The position numbers and the translations under genes were made by a program. Shown here piece after piece: positions 18,779 to 28,116 of a stretch of 50,196 nt of DNA; positions within the stretch are counted from its first letter, which is position 1; every line of letters begins with the position of its first letter. The notes below the pieces were generated by a model that made no database searches, was not told the DNA's origin, and saw only the letters and a program-made list of their open reading frames with translations. Location of the stretch: positions 1-50,196 of the IMG/VR virus record IMGVR_UViG_3300048878_000408. One strand, given 5' to 3'. This stretch comes from a virus (lineage: Duplodnaviria > Caudoviricetes).

Positions 18779-18834
18779 GACGATAAAAAACCCTAATACT
18801 TTATTAACGGTATTAGGGTTTTTTATCGTCTTAA
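18775..18834. terminator. Bidirectional terminator, perfect 25-bp inverted repeat between convergent modules
   Basis: TTAAGACGATAAAAAACCCTAATAC (18775-18799) / GTATTAGGGTTTTTTATCGTCTTAA (18810-18834), 10-nt loop. Confidence 0.9.
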
Positions 18835-19223
18835 GGTTTTACAGGGAAACTAGGACCGCCCGGTAAGGGGCTGTACTCAGTAGTAATGTCTCTTAAAGCG
18901 CCTCTATATGCTAACCACTCCGCATACTTTGCGTCTGTTAAAGTCTTTACAGACTCCTCTGAATGTCTTTGTACTATCCAATCTGTACCGGATAACTTCT
19001 CATTCCTACTATCGCGTAGCTCATCTATGCTCATATCAGGTTGAAGCCATTCGGATCCATCCCAAGTCCACCCTATAGTAGGTTGCGGATCCTCTACTAG
19101 AACACTCTCAGTGGGTGCGTCAGGTATTCCTACTAAAGATAATCCCTCTTTTAGAACAGAATCTATTGCCCATATACCAGATACGGCCAACCCTGTTTCG
19201 TTTATTGCTAAATAATTTGTCAT
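18831..19223 (-). CDS. Tail fibre assembly chaperone
   Basis: IGWTWDGS.W followed by LR..RN.KL..TDW...W..YR.ALRDI......FP.KP. Confidence 0.8.
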   Translation of the reverse strand: MTNYLAINETGLAVSGIWAIDSVLKEGLSLVGIPDAPTESVLVEDPQPTIGWTWDGSEWLQPDMSIDELRDSRNEKLSGTDWIVQRHSEESVKTLTDAKYAEWLAYRGALRDITTEYSPLPGGPSFPVKP

Positions 19224-19233
19224 AATATTTTCC

Positions 19234-19839
19234 TTAATAGGTTATAATAACCACTCCTTTCTTGCCTGCGCCGCCGGAAAAACCACCTTTACCCGGTCCA
19301 CCAAATCCTGATGTGCCGCCAGGAGTACCCGCTTTTCTGCCACTCTGTTTCCATGAAGGCGCGCCAGTCTCACCAGAGACACCTCCATTAGAGCTTCCGC
19401 CTCCTCCGCCGTTGAAAGCAGCGTTTGAATAGCAAGTGCCTTTAGTACCACCGCCTCCGCCATTAGATGTATTTCCACTGAAACTAGAAGATCCACCAGG
19501 TGTGCCGTCAGTTTGGTAAGGTGAATAACAACCGGTTCTAATATAACCGGAAGCTCCGCCGTTACCTACAGTTACAGCTTGATTTCCGTTTACGGTCTTC
19601 GTGCCCCATAGCTGTGCGCCTGCACCGCCACCACCAGCACCGCCGTAGTTACCTTGGCCTCCGCCGCCTCCGCCGCCTCCGCCTACTACTGTAGCGTATA
19701 CTGTTGTAACTCCTGAAGGTCTGGTCCATGTACCAGAGTTGTAAAAAGTATCTACTCCTCCCATTCCACCAGATGCCTGGGTATTCTGACTATTACCATC
19801 CGAAAATGTTATGCCCGTGCTTGTTAATGTTACTGCCAT
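19234..19839 (-). CDS. Glycine-rich fibre tip / adhesin-like protein
   Basis: GITFSDG..Q N-terminus, F..SGTWT.PSGVT.V....VGGGGGGG, VTVG.GG, C-terminal G..GVVII.Y. Confidence 0.75.
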   Translation of the reverse strand: MAVTLTSTGITFSDGNSQNTQASGGMGGVDTFYNSGTWTRPSGVTTVYATVVGGGGGGGGGQGNYGGAGGGGAGAQLWGTKTVNGNQAVTVGNGGASGYIRTGCYSPYQTDGTPGGSSSFSGNTSNGGGGGTKGTCYSNAAFNGGGGGSSNGGVSGETGAPSWKQSGRKAGTPGGTSGFGGPGKGGFSGGAGKKGVVIITY

Positions 19840-22800
19840 TATTTTTCTCCTTTAAGAATATTAACTTCTTCGCGAAGCTCTTTGATTGCTTCAATTAATA
19901 AAGCGTTTAGAGCATCGTACTCAACTACTTTAAATTTTCCTGTACCTTTTTCAAAAGGCATTTCCTTCTCGGTTACAGCACTTGGTAGTACTTTCTCAAC
20001 GTCTTGCGCTATAACACCAGCAGAACGTCTACCATCTTTCTTATACGTAAACTCTACGCCGTTAAGTTGAGCTACTTTATTTAAAGCATCTGTAACTGTA
20101 GTAATACCCGTCTTTAATTTCTGATCTGATACTGTACCAGAGTAAGCAACTACTTGGCCATCTACATGCAAGTCGCCATCGTTTTCAAGACGCATCTCTT
20201 CTGAACCAGCTGTCCACCATCTAATACCGTGAGAAGCGTCGTACATAACGTAGTCATGTGTGTTACCAGACCATACGTCTTCTCCAGTAGAGTTTCTACG
20301 TCTATCGTTCTCAAGACGGATAGTAGTGCCACTCAAGTACATACCGTAGTTTCCATCAGCAGAGTAAGTAGTGTTAGTATCCGTATACCCAGTAATGTAA
20401 CCCGCACCATTAGTCAACTGATTATTATTAGTAATGTAGTTAGCGTTTGTAGCACCTGTGTAACCTAAGTTAGCAAGTGTTAGTACTCTAGTGCCCATTG
20501 AAGTGATAACACCGTCTGTGACATAAATATTATCAACTATAGTAGAACCTGATGTATTAATATCAGAATCTGTACCGATAATAGTATTACCAGAAGATGT
20601 AACATACCCAGCACCATTAGTCAACTGATTATTATTAGTAATATAGTTAGCGTTTGTAGCACCTGTGTAACCTAAGTTAGCAAGTGTTAGTACTCTAGTA
20701 CCGTGCGAAGTAATAACACCATCAGTCATGTACATATTATCAATAATAGTAGCACCCGAAGTATTTACATCAGAATCTGTACCGATAATAGTATTACCAG
20801 AAGATGTAACATAACCTGCTCCGTTAGAGATTTGGTTGTTATTAGTTACATTAGTAGCACTAGAAGCAATGCTATCTAGTTTAGTGTTATCAGCTGTAGT
20901 AAAGTTAACTTGCGTTAATCCACCGTTGCCTACTGAGTAAGTAGTATTATTATCAGGAACTGTAACTGTATCAGTAGTACCATCACCACGCCCAAGCGTA
21001 ATAGTGTGTCCACTAATAGTCATTGCATTCGCAGCAGTACTTAGAGACTGACTAGATGTCTTAGCAGTTTTAGTTGCCAATGCAGTTGTAATTGTAGCTG
21101 CATAGTTAGCGTCATCGCCTAAAGCATCAGCTAACTCTTGGAGAGTGTTAAGTGCTGCAGGTGTAGCTGAACCTACTAAAGCAGCAATTTGACCATCTAC
21201 ATATCCTGGAGTTGTCTTAGCATCTAATGCTGTTTGCAATCCATCAACGTTACTAATAACGTGGTTATGTGAATCATCTGCAACTGTAACTGATAATGTA
21301 GCATTACCTAAGTTAGTAAACGTAGCAGAACCAGACGCATCACCACTTAATGTTAGAGTAGGATCAGACGTTACTGCAAAATCTAAAGTGCCATCAGTAT
21401 CTTGATACGTTACTGTAATACCAGATTCACTGTTTCCACTAACCATTGCACCAACAATATCTTGAATTTCTTCACTTGTTTGATCCGCTGTAGCACCTGC
21501 TTCGATACCATCTAGCTTAGTGTTGTCTGCTGAAGTAAAGTTCTTCTGCGTTAGTCCACCATCGCCTACTGAGTAAGTAGTATTAGTATCTGTAGAACTA
21601 ATAGTACCGTTGGCTGCTATAGCTACGTTAGTACCTGCTGTTAAAGAAGCTACAACATTTGTAGTATCTGTAACGTCTGCAGAAGCTTCAATACCGTCTA
21701 GCTTAGTATTATCCGCTGTAGTAAAGTTAATCTGCGTTAGACCACCGTTGCCTACTGAATAAGTAGTATCTGTAGAACTAATAGTACCGTTGGCTGCTAT
21801 AGCTACGTTAGTACCTGCTGTTAAAGAGTCCACAACATTTGCAGTATCTGTAACGTCTGCTGCAGCTTCAATACCCGCTAGCTTAGTTTGTTCTGCATCT
21901 GAGAATTCATTAGTGTCAGCGTTAGCTTCATATGCAGTCTTAATTTGTGCATTAGTTTGGTCTGCTGTAGCACCTGCTTCAATACCATCTAGCTTAGTAT
22001 TATCCGCTGTAGTAAAGTTCTTTTGTGATAACTGCCCGTCCTGAACTGAATAAGTAGTATTGTTATCAGGAACTGTAACTGTGTCAGTAGATCCGTCACC
22101 ACGATTTAACGTAATTGTATGCCCACTAATAGTCATTGCATTTGATGCAGTACTTAGAGACTGACTAGATGTCTTAGCAGTTTTAGTTGCTAGAGAAGTA
22201 GTTAATGTTGAAGCATAAGATGCATCATCATTAATTGCCTCCGCTAGTTCGTTGAGTGTATTCAACGTACCAGGAGCACCACCAATTAGATTAGTAATTT
22301 GTGTATCTACATATCCTGGAGTAGTCTTAGCATCTAAAGCCGTTTGTAAACCATCTACATTACTAATAACATGATTGTGTGAATCATCTGCTACAGTAGC
22401 AGTTAGTGTACCATTACTTAAATTTGTTAAAGTAACTGAACCACTTAAGTCGCCTGCTAGTGTAATAGTTGGATCAGAAGTTGTTGAAGCTACAATAGTT
22501 ACATCGCCTAAATTAGACATTGTTGCTGAACCAGTAACATCACCTGTTAAAGTAATAACAGGGTCATTGACATTTAAGTCTATAGTACCGTCCGAATCTA
22601 TATAAGTTGCTGTAACACCACTTTCAGTGTTGCCACTAAACATAGCACCTGCAATATCTTGTACATTCTCTGTAGTCGGTACAAATGTAGCAGGAGTACC
22701 AGTTAAGTTACTATAGGCATGAGTATGACTATCATTACCAACTGTAACTGCTAAGTTAGCATTACCTAAATTAGTAAACGTAGCAGAACCAGTTACGTCT

Positions 22801-23471
22801 CCACTTAATGTTAGCGTAGGGTCTGCTGTTGCTGTTGTAGTAATAGTTACATCACCTAAGTTAGTAAGTGTACCTACACCCGTTACAGCGCCTGCTAGAG
22901 TAATGGTAGGATCAGCAGTTGCTGTCGTTCCAATATATACGTTTCCTGAACCATCTACAGAAGCAGAGCCAGTTACAGCACCTGTTAACTCTAAAGTTCT
23001 GGCAGTTGCCCAAGCAGTTGCTGTAGCAGAGTTTCCTGTACAAGATCCTGCTGAACCCGAAGTATTACCGGTTACATTACCGGTTACATTACCGGTTACA
23101 TTACCAGCTAAATCACCTGTAAAGTCAGTTGCATGAATCTCAGCCCACTTCTTAGAAGAAGAACCTAGATCGTACGTATTAGTAACATCAGGGATAATAT
23201 CGGAGTTAAGTTCTCCCCCAATAGTTACGTTATCCGTACCAGCATCACCTAATGTAATTGTGCCGCCATTTGCGGTCATTGTGCCAGTGATAACTGCGTT
23301 ACCTCCGACATATAAATTTTCTTGTGTAGAAATACCACCAGTTACCTTTAAGGCACCAGTAGTAGTACTTGTTGAACTAGTAGCGCTAGCTACTAATATG
23401 TCAGCGGTACTGTCAAAAGTCAGTACACTGCCGGAGTGTGAATCTATAGTATTTACTTTTAAAGTAGACAT
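19839..23471 (-). CDS. Long tail fibre with internal repeats and C-terminal intramolecular chaperone (peptidase S74-like)
   Basis: 1210 aa Thr/Gly/Asn-rich; SD..LK..I......L.GV.F...GVIAQDVEKVLP..V...Y..L..LLIEAIKEL. Confidence 0.9.
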   Translation of the reverse strand: MSTLKVNTIDSHSGSVLTFDSTADILVASATSSTSTTTGALKVTGGISTQENLYVGGNAVITGTMTANGGTITLGDAGTDNVTIGGELNSDIIPDVTNTYDLGSSSKKWAEIHATDFTGDLAGNVTGNVTGNVTGNTSGSAGSCTGNSATATAWATARTLELTGAVTGSASVDGSGNVYIGTTATADPTITLAGAVTGVGTLTNLGDVTITTTATADPTLTLSGDVTGSATFTNLGNANLAVTVGNDSHTHAYSNLTGTPATFVPTTENVQDIAGAMFSGNTESGVTATYIDSDGTIDLNVNDPVITLTGDVTGSATMSNLGDVTIVASTTSDPTITLAGDLSGSVTLTNLSNGTLTATVADDSHNHVISNVDGLQTALDAKTTPGYVDTQITNLIGGAPGTLNTLNELAEAINDDASYASTLTTSLATKTAKTSSQSLSTASNAMTISGHTITLNRGDGSTDTVTVPDNNTTYSVQDGQLSQKNFTTADNTKLDGIEAGATADQTNAQIKTAYEANADTNEFSDAEQTKLAGIEAAADVTDTANVVDSLTAGTNVAIAANGTISSTDTTYSVGNGGLTQINFTTADNTKLDGIEASADVTDTTNVVASLTAGTNVAIAANGTISSTDTNTTYSVGDGGLTQKNFTSADNTKLDGIEAGATADQTSEEIQDIVGAMVSGNSESGITVTYQDTDGTLDFAVTSDPTLTLSGDASGSATFTNLGNATLSVTVADDSHNHVISNVDGLQTALDAKTTPGYVDGQIAALVGSATPAALNTLQELADALGDDANYAATITTALATKTAKTSSQSLSTAANAMTISGHTITLGRGDGTTDTVTVPDNNTTYSVGNGGLTQVNFTTADNTKLDSIASSATNVTNNNQISNGAGYVTSSGNTIIGTDSDVNTSGATIIDNMYMTDGVITSHGTRVLTLANLGYTGATNANYITNNNQLTNGAGYVTSSGNTIIGTDSDINTSGSTIVDNIYVTDGVITSMGTRVLTLANLGYTGATNANYITNNNQLTNGAGYITGYTDTNTTYSADGNYGMYLSGTTIRLENDRRRNSTGEDVWSGNTHDYVMYDASHGIRWWTAGSEEMRLENDGDLHVDGQVVAYSGTVSDQKLKTGITTVTDALNKVAQLNGVEFTYKKDGRRSAGVIAQDVEKVLPSAVTEKEMPFEKGTGKFKVVEYDALNALLIEAIKELREEVNILKGEK
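20404..20699. repeat. Near-identical direct repeat, 207-nt (69-aa) period, in fibre
   Basis: GCACCATTAGTCAACTGATTATTATTAGTAAT..TAGTTAGCGTTTGTAGCACCTGTGTAACCTAAGTTAGCAAGTGTTAGTACTCTAGT at ~20404 and ~20611. Confidence 0.9.
23064..23105. repeat. 12-nt tandem repeat (ATTACCGGTTAC x3.5) encoding GNVT
   Basis: Directly visible. Confidence 0.9.
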
Positions 23472-23484
23472 AATTTTTTATTCC

Positions 23485-24036
23485 TTATGATATTGATAAG
23501 TAAGCATCCGTGCCTACATTAACTGTTATTCCTGTTGCAACATCTACAGTGCCAGAAGAACTAGCATTGAAGTTATCAGCAACGGTGTAGTTTGCCGTAA
23601 TAATAGGTTGAGTAAGTAAAAATGGGGGATTACCTCCATCTACTTGTACTCCACCTACATATAGAGTAGTACAATTAACTGTACCGGCTACATCTAATTT
23701 ATAGTCTGTATTCGGTGTGTCTGTACCAATTCCAACGGTCGACGTATTATAAATAAAAGTACCACTATTAGACCAAACATTTGTAAGAGTTGTATTCTCC
23801 CACTGGCTGTTTGAGCTATTATACTGTAGTACTTGATTATTTGATAAACCAGTAACGTTAACATCGTCTAAGGAATTTACATTTCGAGTCGTTAATTCTA
23901 AAATATTATTAGAAGTATCTCGAACGAATAGTTTCTTGTCCGCTAAGTTAATAGCGATTTCACCTGCCTCTAGGTTAGCTGTACTAGGTACATTGCTAGA
24001 GGTGGTGGTTCTTTTCGGTTTAAATTTAATTGCCAT
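23485..24036 (-). CDS. Short tail fibre connector protein
   Basis: N-terminal KPKR...LEAGEIAINLADKKLF domain, LDDV...NQVLQYN....W repeat, C-terminal beta-helix-like ITANYTV...TVNV. Confidence 0.75.
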   Translation of the reverse strand: MAIKFKPKRTTTSSNVPSTANLEAGEIAINLADKKLFVRDTSNNILELTTRNVNSLDDVNVTGLSNNQVLQYNSSNSQWENTTLTNVWSNSGTFIYNTSTVGIGTDTPNTDYKLDVAGTVNCTTLYVGGVQVDGGNPPFLLTQPIITANYTVADNFNASSSGTVDVATGITVNVGTDAYLSIS

Positions 24037-24095
24037 TTGGCCCCCTTAATCTAATTTGCTATATAGCTGGGTTTATGAAGTGACCTATATAAGGT

Positions 24096-24683
24096 CTAGT
24101 CCGAAGTTATTAAGTCCGAAACTTTTAAGGTTGATCCTGTACATACTTTAACAACAACATCTACAGCAATAGCTGTATCTATTTGAGACTCTGCATTATA
24201 CGTGCAGGGGATATCGTAGCTCTCACTAACTAAAGATGCGGACTCATGGAACCATCCTGGTCCAACTTTCTCACCAGAGGCAAGAGTTATCTGTCCAGAT
24301 GCATTGAATATCCCGTCTACTTCTAAAGTATAAGCACCTGAATGAGTGCTTTTACCTATTGAAGTTTTGCTGGATGTTCCTGCATCTAGATAGTAAGTTC
24401 TACCTACGCTAGTGTTCCATTCGCCTAAATCTCTATTGAAGTTTTCCCATCTACTATTAGCACTGTTATAGTGCATAAGTTGATCGTTACTAATACCAGA
24501 GAAGTATACATCCTCTAAAGAGGTTATAGTCCTGGTTGTTAGTTCTAGTATGTTATTGGACGTATCTCTTACAAATAATTTCTTATCTGCTAGATTGATT
24601 GCGATCTCGCCCGCTTCTAAATTAGAAGTAGTAGGAACCGTTCCCGCACTAGTGGTACGTTTTGGTTTTATGATATGATACAT
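24096..24683 (-). CDS. Short tail fibre connector protein, paralogue of 23485..24036
   Basis: Same architecture; 31 aa identical to neighbour. Confidence 0.75.
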   Translation of the reverse strand: MYHIIKPKRTTSAGTVPTTSNLEAGEIAINLADKKLFVRDTSNNILELTTRTITSLEDVYFSGISNDQLMHYNSANSRWENFNRDLGEWNTSVGRTYYLDAGTSSKTSIGKSTHSGAYTLEVDGIFNASGQITLASGEKVGPGWFHESASLVSESYDIPCTYNAESQIDTAIAVDVVVKVCTGSTLKVSDLITSD

Positions 24684-24695
24684 AATTTTTCCTAT

Positions 24696-24724
24696 AATAA
24701 TAGGGCACTAAAGCCCCCTATTAT
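24696..24724 (-). terminator. Possible hairpin/terminator
   Basis: ATAATAGGG...CCCTATTAT inverted repeat; weak U-tract. Confidence 0.45.
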
Positions 24725-24729
24725 CCTAC

Positions 24730-24969
24730 TTAGAAGCTACCGCCATCTAAAACGCTAGAATTCAATGAAGCCTCTAGTGTTCCTGCAATGACAGCGTTAC
24801 CTCCAACATTTAAGTTTGTTTGAGTTGATACACCCCCAGCTACTCTTAAAGCACCTGAAGTGCTACTAGTAGATACGGTAGTTGCTTCGATATTAAAATC
24901 AGAAGTACTGTCCACATCAATTTTTGAGCCGGTGTATGAATCTAAGTTATTTACTTGTAAAGTTGACAT
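24730..24969 (-). CDS. 79-aa fibre adaptor-like protein
   Basis: GAGGA RBS; resembles the first ~65 aa of the 1210-aa fibre (MSTL.VN..DS..GS; STS.T.GAL.V.GG.STQ.NL.VGGNAVI.GT), ends LDGGSF. Confidence 0.8.
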   Translation of the reverse strand: MSTLQVNNLDSYTGSKIDVDSTSDFNIEATTVSTSSTSGALRVAGGVSTQTNLNVGGNAVIAGTLEASLNSSVLDGGSF

Positions 24970-25022
24970 AAGGTATCCTCTATTCTAAACTTTTTTGAAA
25001 AATTGACCAATCTAAGTATAAT

Positions 25023-25051
25023 ATTATACCTAAATTGGGGTTATTTGTCAA
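25023..25051 (-). promoter_or_regulatory. Sigma70 consensus promoter for distal fibre genes
   Basis: On - strand TTGACA (25051-25046), 17 nt, TATAAT (25028-25023). Confidence 0.85.
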
Positions 25052-25060
25052 GAAATAAAT

Positions 25061-27736
25061 TTAGAACGTACCTCCGTCTAATTCGTTAGACCATTCAGGA
25101 GCTGATGCACCAGAATTCATCTTCATAAATTGACCGCCTGTACCTTTACTAAGTTTAGAAAGTGTAGTTGAGCCTGTAGCATACATAATATCACCAGAAG
25201 AATAGCTAGAAATACCTGTTCCTCCGTAGTCAACGCCTACAGTATCCGCTTGCCATGCACCTGAAGCAATTGTACCTAAAGTAGTAATTGCAGATTGTCC
25301 GGCCCACGTAGTATTAATTTGTATTGAGTTAGCATTAGCTGTAATACCATTTCCAGCAACAACATCAATAGTGTTACCCGTCTTAGTCATACCAGTACCA
25401 GCAGTAATTTGTCCAGCACCTGAGAACTGAGCGAATGTTAGACCAGTTGTACCAATTGTAACATCTCCATTGTTTGTAACTACCCAACCAGAATCAGCAT
25501 TTGTAGTACCTTCTTCAACGAAAGTAAATGTTCCACCGCTTACTTCAGAACTTTCATCAAAGTCTACAGCTCTTGTAGGAGCGCCTGAAGCATTTACAGT
25601 ATAAATACCATTTTCTGAAGCAGTTCCCTGATTCTTAATGAAAATACGATCTTCAGTAACTAAAGTAACTCCGTCTACAGAACTTCCATTATCGAAAGCT
25701 GTAGCCATAGTACCTGAAACTGTAGTAGCTACACGAACTGAGTCTTTAACATCTAATCCAGTTTTAACTGCGTCTACATATGCTTTAGTAGCTGCATCTT
25801 GAGCCTGTGAAGGATCAGAAACATTAGTAATTCTGTTAGATCCCATTGAAACTGACTGTGAAGCTGCAATAGTTAGTCCATTTAAAGAACCTACTGAAGT
25901 AACATTTCCTTGAGCTGCAGTTTGCAATGTACCTGTTACGTTTGTAGCAGTTAAATCACCTGAACCTAGGTTAATGTCTTTATTAGCATCTACAACTAAA
26001 GCTTTAGAAGCAACTGCAGTACCTGCTGTTGAACCATCTAAAACATTAATTTCTGCTGCAGAAGTCGTTATTAATACGCCACCTAACTTAAGACCATTTG
26101 ATCCATCATGTGAAGCTATATCAAAGTCGTTAGAACCGTCAGCAATAGTCATATCGCCACCAACTGTTAGGCCTGTTAATGTGCCTAATGTAGTGATCAT
26201 ACCTTGCGAAGCAGTTTGAATTGAACCTGTAAGGTTAGTAGCAGTAATGTCACCAGTACCTAGGTTAATGTCCTTATTTGCGTCTACAACTAGTGCTTTA
26301 GAAGCAGTTGCCGTACCAGCAGTAACACCTAACTCAGTAGCAGCTACAACGTCTGCTTGAAGTTGTGCAGAACCTGTAACGTTTCCAGTGCCATCAAATG
26401 ATCCTGAAGTCCATACTACATCGCCAGTCATACCAACAGTTCGTCCTGTTGCCATAGCTGTAGCAGTATCTGCATTACCAGTTAAGTCACCAGTTACATC
26501 ACCAGTTACATCACCAGTTACACTACCTACAAAGTCGTCTGCTGTAACAGTTGTTGCTGTTAAATCACCAGTACCTAAGTTAATGTCCTTATTAGAGTCT
26601 ACAACTAACGCCTTAGAAGCCGATGCTAAACCTGCAGTAACACCTAACTCAGCTGCTGCAACAGTGTTAGCTTGAATAGATGCTGTACCTGTAACGTTTC
26701 CAGTGCCGTCCATTGCGCCAGATGTCCAAACAACATCTCCAGTCATTCCAACAGTACGAGCCGTTGCAAATGCTGTAGCAGTATCTGCATTACCAGTTAA
26801 GTCACCAGTTACGTTTCCTACTACATTACCTGTTACATTACCAGTTAAGTTACCAGCTACATTACCAGCTACGTCACCCGTTAAGTCACCAGTTACGTCT
26901 CCTACTACATTACCTGCTACATTACCAGTTAAGTTACCAGCTACATTACCTGTTACATTACCTGTAAGGGCTGCTGTAACAGTTGTTGCTGTTAAATCAC
27001 CTGCACCTAGGTTAATGTCATTACTAGAGTCTACAACTAATGCTCTAGAAGGAGTCGCTGTACCAGCAGTAACACCTAATTCAGCTGCCTGAACTTTATC
27101 AGCACCAATTGAAGCTACGCCTGAACCACTAATAGTGATATCGCCAGACATTGCAGTAGATTCCCAAGAATCTCCATCTGCTAACATCATATGACCTGCT
27201 GTTGCTACATCTGTACCTACGTTGTCTAGCTCTGCTAGAGAGTTAGAACCTAAGTACTTAGCTGCAATCTTCTTGTAAGAAGCTGCTGATGCATCATAGA
27301 TTAATACATAGTCGTTATTACCATCTGGGTTAGCTGCTAATGCAGTTTGACCTGTGATAAGGTCTGTGTTAACCATTGCTTTCTGTACTGCATTAACACC
27401 GATAGTTGCTGTAAGTGTAGCATCTGTAAGGTTAGTTAATGTTGCTGTACCTGATAAGTCTCCGCCTAAAGTGATCGTTGGATCAGCTGTAAGTGCGAAA
27501 TCTAAAGTGTTATCAGCGTCTTGATAAGTTACTGCAATACCTGTTTGAGTATTACCAGTTACCATTGCTCCTACTGCGTCTGCGATGCCTTCAGCACCAC
27601 CAATTACAGTTACGTTAGAGCCGCTTGTACCAATAAATAAATTATTGGAATTTTCCGAATAAGCTAATTCGCCTTCAGCCAAGCTGCCAGGGGTTGCAGT
27701 AGTAGTACTGCGTTTAATTTTGATTACGTTTGCCAT
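25061..27736 (-). CDS. Long tail fibre with repeats
   Basis: 891 aa; N-terminal IKIKRS...LAEGELAY, four KALVVD..KDINLG.GD.TAT-type repeats, GNV(T/A) runs, DAATKAYVD...GLDVKDSVRVAT domain, ends LDGGTF. Confidence 0.85.
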   Translation of the reverse strand: MANVIKIKRSTTTATPGSLAEGELAYSENSNNLFIGTSGSNVTVIGGAEGIADAVGAMVTGNTQTGIAVTYQDADNTLDFALTADPTITLGGDLSGTATLTNLTDATLTATIGVNAVQKAMVNTDLITGQTALAANPDGNNDYVLIYDASAASYKKIAAKYLGSNSLAELDNVGTDVATAGHMMLADGDSWESTAMSGDITISGSGVASIGADKVQAAELGVTAGTATPSRALVVDSSNDINLGAGDLTATTVTAALTGNVTGNVAGNLTGNVAGNVVGDVTGDLTGDVAGNVAGNLTGNVTGNVVGNVTGDLTGNADTATAFATARTVGMTGDVVWTSGAMDGTGNVTGTASIQANTVAAAELGVTAGLASASKALVVDSNKDINLGTGDLTATTVTADDFVGSVTGDVTGDVTGDLTGNADTATAMATGRTVGMTGDVVWTSGSFDGTGNVTGSAQLQADVVAATELGVTAGTATASKALVVDANKDINLGTGDITATNLTGSIQTASQGMITTLGTLTGLTVGGDMTIADGSNDFDIASHDGSNGLKLGGVLITTSAAEINVLDGSTAGTAVASKALVVDANKDINLGSGDLTATNVTGTLQTAAQGNVTSVGSLNGLTIAASQSVSMGSNRITNVSDPSQAQDAATKAYVDAVKTGLDVKDSVRVATTVSGTMATAFDNGSSVDGVTLVTEDRIFIKNQGTASENGIYTVNASGAPTRAVDFDESSEVSGGTFTFVEEGTTNADSGWVVTNNGDVTIGTTGLTFAQFSGAGQITAGTGMTKTGNTIDVVAGNGITANANSIQINTTWAGQSAITTLGTIASGAWQADTVGVDYGGTGISSYSSGDIMYATGSTTLSKLSKGTGGQFMKMNSGASAPEWSNELDGGTF

Positions 27737-28114
27737 TTAAAAATACCCTCCATTAAGAGTAACGTCAGAGTACTCTGCAGTATCTGAGCTTTCCGATAAT
27801 TGAGCAGCTAGGGTTATTTCTTCCCACGTGGTATTTCTATATACCATAAGCTTATTATCGGTTGTGTTGTACCACAAGTCCCCTTCCTCAAGATTATTAT
27901 CTGAGACTGCGGGAGCTGCAGCTTGTACGAATTGTTGATCCGCTATTTGATGCAAGGCATCCTGTATATTCGTAGCAGTAATATTTCCAACAGGAGTAAA
28001 AGGTATATCTCCTGCGGCGCCTACTGCTACCGAATTTGTTGTGATTACTACCTGATTAGTAGTAACCGTTATTTCATTTCCTGTAGTCTCTGTTACAGTA
28101 ACTATTACTGCCAT
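27737..28114 (-). CDS. Small fibre anchoring protein
   Basis: ATNIQDAL..., P.....EGDLWYNT....L.VY....W, ends LNGGYF. Confidence 0.7.
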   Translation of the reverse strand: MAVIVTVTETTGNEITVTTNQVVITTNSVAVGAAGDIPFTPVGNITATNIQDALHQIADQQFVQAAAPAVSDNNLEEGDLWYNTTDNKLMVYRNTTWEEITLAAQLSESSDTAEYSDVTLNGGYF

Positions 28115-28116
28115 GA

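Noticed and set aside
24058-24097. Short palindromes GCTATATAGC and GACCTATATAAGGTC
   Set aside because: Short, AT-centred and not repeated elsewhere that I could see; chance not excluded
25974-27092. Pro/Val/Thr-rich + strand ORFs
   Set aside because: Reverse-complement reading of GNVT/GDVT fibre repeats
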